Positions 61,520 to 64,000 of a stretch of DNA of 64,000 nucleotides are shown here, in pieces. The stretch is from Desulfatiglandales bacterium. GTDB lineage: Bacteria > Desulfobacterota > DSM-4660 > Desulfatiglandales > HGW-15. The translations under genes were made by a program, and so were the position numbers. The notes below the pieces were generated by a model. It searched no databases. It saw only the letters and a program-made list of their open reading frames with translations, and was not told the origin of the DNA. Location: positions 576,001 to 640,000 of the forward strand of contig CAXXJJ010000004.1 of assembly GCA_963667015.2 (NCBI GenBank), written 5' to 3'. Numbering within the stretch: position 1 is the stretch's first letter; every line of letters begins with the position of its first letter.

Positions 61520-62120
61520 AAATCAGGGTTTTATAAATAGCTTCAAACTCTTGTTAATTCAGTTAGTTACAGAGTGTCTGAATTTTGTTGATTTAAAAAT
61601 ATGTAAAAAAATACCAATTCCTCATGTACTTCATTGCTTTTGTTAGGTAAATGATTACATATCCTGACACGGTTACTTTAAATATAAAGAAGGTTAGATT
61701 TATTCAGAGACTTCGTATAATCCCGTTATTCCGTCCAAATTAAAGTTCATGCATTTATATAGAAGTTGAGACAAAAAATCCGGGCTACTTTTGAGGTCTT
61801 TTTTAAAGTATTTTCAGGTAGGGGCAGTATGTTCTAGAGTTCAAGTATACTATAACGAATAAGGATAGATTGTGCGGAGCCACAATCTTAAACCTGTTGT
61901 ATGAACAGGAATAAAGACAAAACCTGCAATCACTGCTATTGATCACAGGCTTTTGAAGTGCTCCAAAACGTGTAATGTCTCCATTGTATCTGAATTACAT
62001 TTGGTATTAGAAAGCTAGAGTAAGGCAGGTAACAATAAAAGTCATAACTATCCTTCCGATACTGTCAGGTCAGGTACAGGTCAGGACACATTATCTCTAT
62101 TTGTCAGCGTTTTCTGTATC

Positions 62121-63098
62121 TTAATCTGTATTCTCAGGCATCTGAGACAGCCGATTTTCCTCCATTTTCATTGCGGATTTTTGGAGATTGATATACTCAT
62201 TGAACTCTTTCATCTGAGAATCCGTCATAATTTCTTTAGCCGCTTCGGAGTATTCATTTAATGTTTTTTTATCAGCCTCCAGCTTTTTCAACCGATCTTC
62301 TTTGCTCCGCGAGTTTCCTTTAGATTTTATTTCTCTAATCCCCATAGAATCTTCAACAGCCTGTCTTATTTTATAGAATCCAGCTACCAGATCCTTTACC
62401 TGCTGTTTATTAAGCTGATTATCTCCGGAAAGTATCCTGCTATTTATAGTTCCTATAAAGTTTCTATCCTGTCCTGTTTCCCCATACTCCTGATATGCAG
62501 TATATTGATCTTCAGATAACAAATTTGATAACTGGATATCATAATCTGCTTCAATATTTTCCCTTTCCTTTTGAAACTCTTCCTGATCGGCAATTTTAGA
62601 GTTTGCATTTTTAAGTTCGAGTTGTCTTTCAATAATGAGATCAATAAATTCTGACTTTTTATTAGTAGAGAGGTTGTTTTCTTCTAAAAAAGACTTGAAA
62701 AATGATGAGATTGACAGTTTTTGTCTTTCGCGAAATTTGTCATCAACCTCTATTTTTGCGCTTTCTTCTTTTTTCATAGTCGCTTCCAGATAATCCTGCC
62801 ATTCCTGCATGTCAGCAATCCTGGATTCAAGTTTATTAATCCTGTCCTGACAGTCATTATCAGTTTCTGTTGATCTATTTTTTTCCGGAGAAATATTATC
62901 AGAGTCGCTTCCTGTCCGGTTTATTTCTGCATTTGATCCGGATTGCTCTTTTTCTGCAACAGCATATATACTCAATTCGTTTTCTAATCTATTGATGTGT
63001 CTGTTCTGAAGCAAAACTGCTATTATTAAAAACACGATAATGATAACGAGAAATATCGGGATAGCCTGATTCTTTTTAGCTGTTATTTGTTTTTCCAT
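62121..63098 (-). CDS. Hypothetical membrane-anchored helical protein
   Basis: Single N-terminal TM, coiled coil, repeated LLS.DQY..Y / IMTDSQMKEF helices. Confidence 0.7.
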   Translation of the reverse strand: MEKQITAKKNQAIPIFLVIIIVFLIIAVLLQNRHINRLENELSIYAVAEKEQSGSNAEINRTGSDSDNISPEKNRSTETDNDCQDRINKLESRIADMQEWQDYLEATMKKEESAKIEVDDKFRERQKLSISSFFKSFLEENNLSTNKKSEFIDLIIERQLELKNANSKIADQEEFQKERENIEADYDIQLSNLLSEDQYTAYQEYGETGQDRNFIGTINSRILSGDNQLNKQQVKDLVAGFYKIRQAVEDSMGIREIKSKGNSRSKEDRLKKLEADKKTLNEYSEAAKEIMTDSQMKEFNEYINLQKSAMKMEENRLSQMPENTD

Positions 63099-63104
63099 TT
63101 TTTC

Positions 63105-64000
63105 TCACACATCAAAATGTTTATATATCTCCTGAGCTAACGTCGGTGCATTTCCATTCACCCTGTTGTTCAATATAACGTTGCTATAAACTCCTGCTTT
63201 AATACCCGCGTTTATAATCTCAATTGTCTCATTAATCATCTCAGGGTTTACGATCTCATCAACCGGTTTATTAAAAGGGAAGGTCCTGGCATAGGAGTCG
63301 TTATAGCTCATTCTTAAGGGCGTCAATAATCGTATTATAGATTGACGTCCTGAGTTGTAAAAGGCCTTTCGGGCCTTTGTAAACTGTTTCCATAGCGGAG
63401 GCAGCCAGGTCCAGTGTGACAGGACATGACCAATACCGCGCCTGTAAAGCATGTCAAAATACTGGTGTGTATGATAAAAATCTGTCCTTGTCTCAATATG
63501 ATATCTTTTATCTTTTGGCAAATTATCAAAGAAATTTTCCAGGTCTTCAACATACTGCTTCGGAGGTATCCGGTCTGCCTTCCTGTGATATTCCTGTTCA
63601 AAAGCAAAGCCAATAATATTTTCTCCAAGAATCGCATTTGCCGGGTCGTAAAACTGGTTTATGAACAATTCGGAATTTAGGTAATTTTTGTTTTCAACCT
63701 GTTTTCCTGCCTGGTATAGAGTTTTCGCAAATATCACCTGTGGGACCTTTAAAATTATGTAGTCCCTGTCTTTCAGGTATTTGGCGTAGCTTTGCAGCAG
63801 TTGATAACTAGAGGTAGGCTCCAGTTTGTTATTGAGCAAAGGCCTGTAAAATGTGAAATCAATTTCAAGAACTGAGAAATGTTCAAAATACTCTACTACA
63901 CTTTCAATAGGGAGTACCTCTTCTTTGAATGTCTCATTTCCAACCCTATGACTTCGTGTTGAGGTCTTGTACTTTCCTTCGGTATATATCTGCCCTATCC
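63105..64000 (-). CDS. DUF72 family protein (5' end lies outside the window)
   Basis: Frame stays open to the window edge: IGQIY...EYFEHFSVLEIDFTFYRP, LKVPQ, FEQEY, HIETR, NNRVNGNAP. Confidence 0.85.
   Translation of the reverse strand, partial: IGQIYTEGKYKTSTRSHRVGNETFKEEVLPIESVVEYFEHFSVLEIDFTFYRPLLNNKLEPTSSYQLLQSYAKYLKDRDYIILKVPQVIFAKTLYQAGKQVENKNYLNSELFINQFYDPANAILGENIIGFAFEQEYHRKADRIPPKQYVEDLENFFDNLPKDKRYHIETRTDFYHTHQYFDMLYRRGIGHVLSHWTWLPPLWKQFTKARKAFYNSGRQSIIRLLTPLRMSYNDSYARTFPFNKPVDEIVNPEMINETIEIINAGIKAGVYSNVILNNRVNGNAPTLAQEIYKHFDV

Overview
Gene-dense bacterial chromosome segment. The gene content (B12 radical SAM, Wolinella-type frdCAB, N-ATPase, tungsten AOR family, MttB family, sigma54 promoters, PEP-CTERM) suggests an anaerobic Desulfobacterota (deltaproteobacterium); this is an inference. 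Main blocks: (1) 4.3-19.6 kb, minus strand: ion homeostasis and energy genes, with a Na+-type N-ATPase operon (atpDCQRBEFAG) running directly into frdCAB, flanked by corA, mscS and a Ca2+/Na+ antiporter. (2) A MacAB-like ABC exporter, a serine recombinase lacking its catalytic Ser, and a stand-alone MshEN-like protein behind a structured leader. (3) 31.6-44.7 kb, the best candidate for an undescribed system: an apparently extracytoplasmic redox locus combining a Tat-FeS/AOR-family enzyme, a hidden 577-aa UxxC selenoprotein (in-frame TGA plus a SECIS-like hairpin, split in the ORF track), a Cys-less rhodanese, and a PaoABC-like xanthine oxidase family enzyme with a rewritten active site and a C2H2 zinc finger in its Tat 2Fe-2S subunit. 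(4) Sulfatase, MBL hydrolase, SDR and bicupin genes. (5) A MarR - asnB-like - SoxB/MgdA-like - OpuC ABC - C-N hydrolase - non-Pyl MttB cluster for osmolytes or methylated amines. (6) An AT-rich end with gene remnants, REP-like motifs and a PEP-CTERM gene. No rRNA, tRNA or CRISPR array was seen. All calls come from reading motifs by eye; no searches were run.
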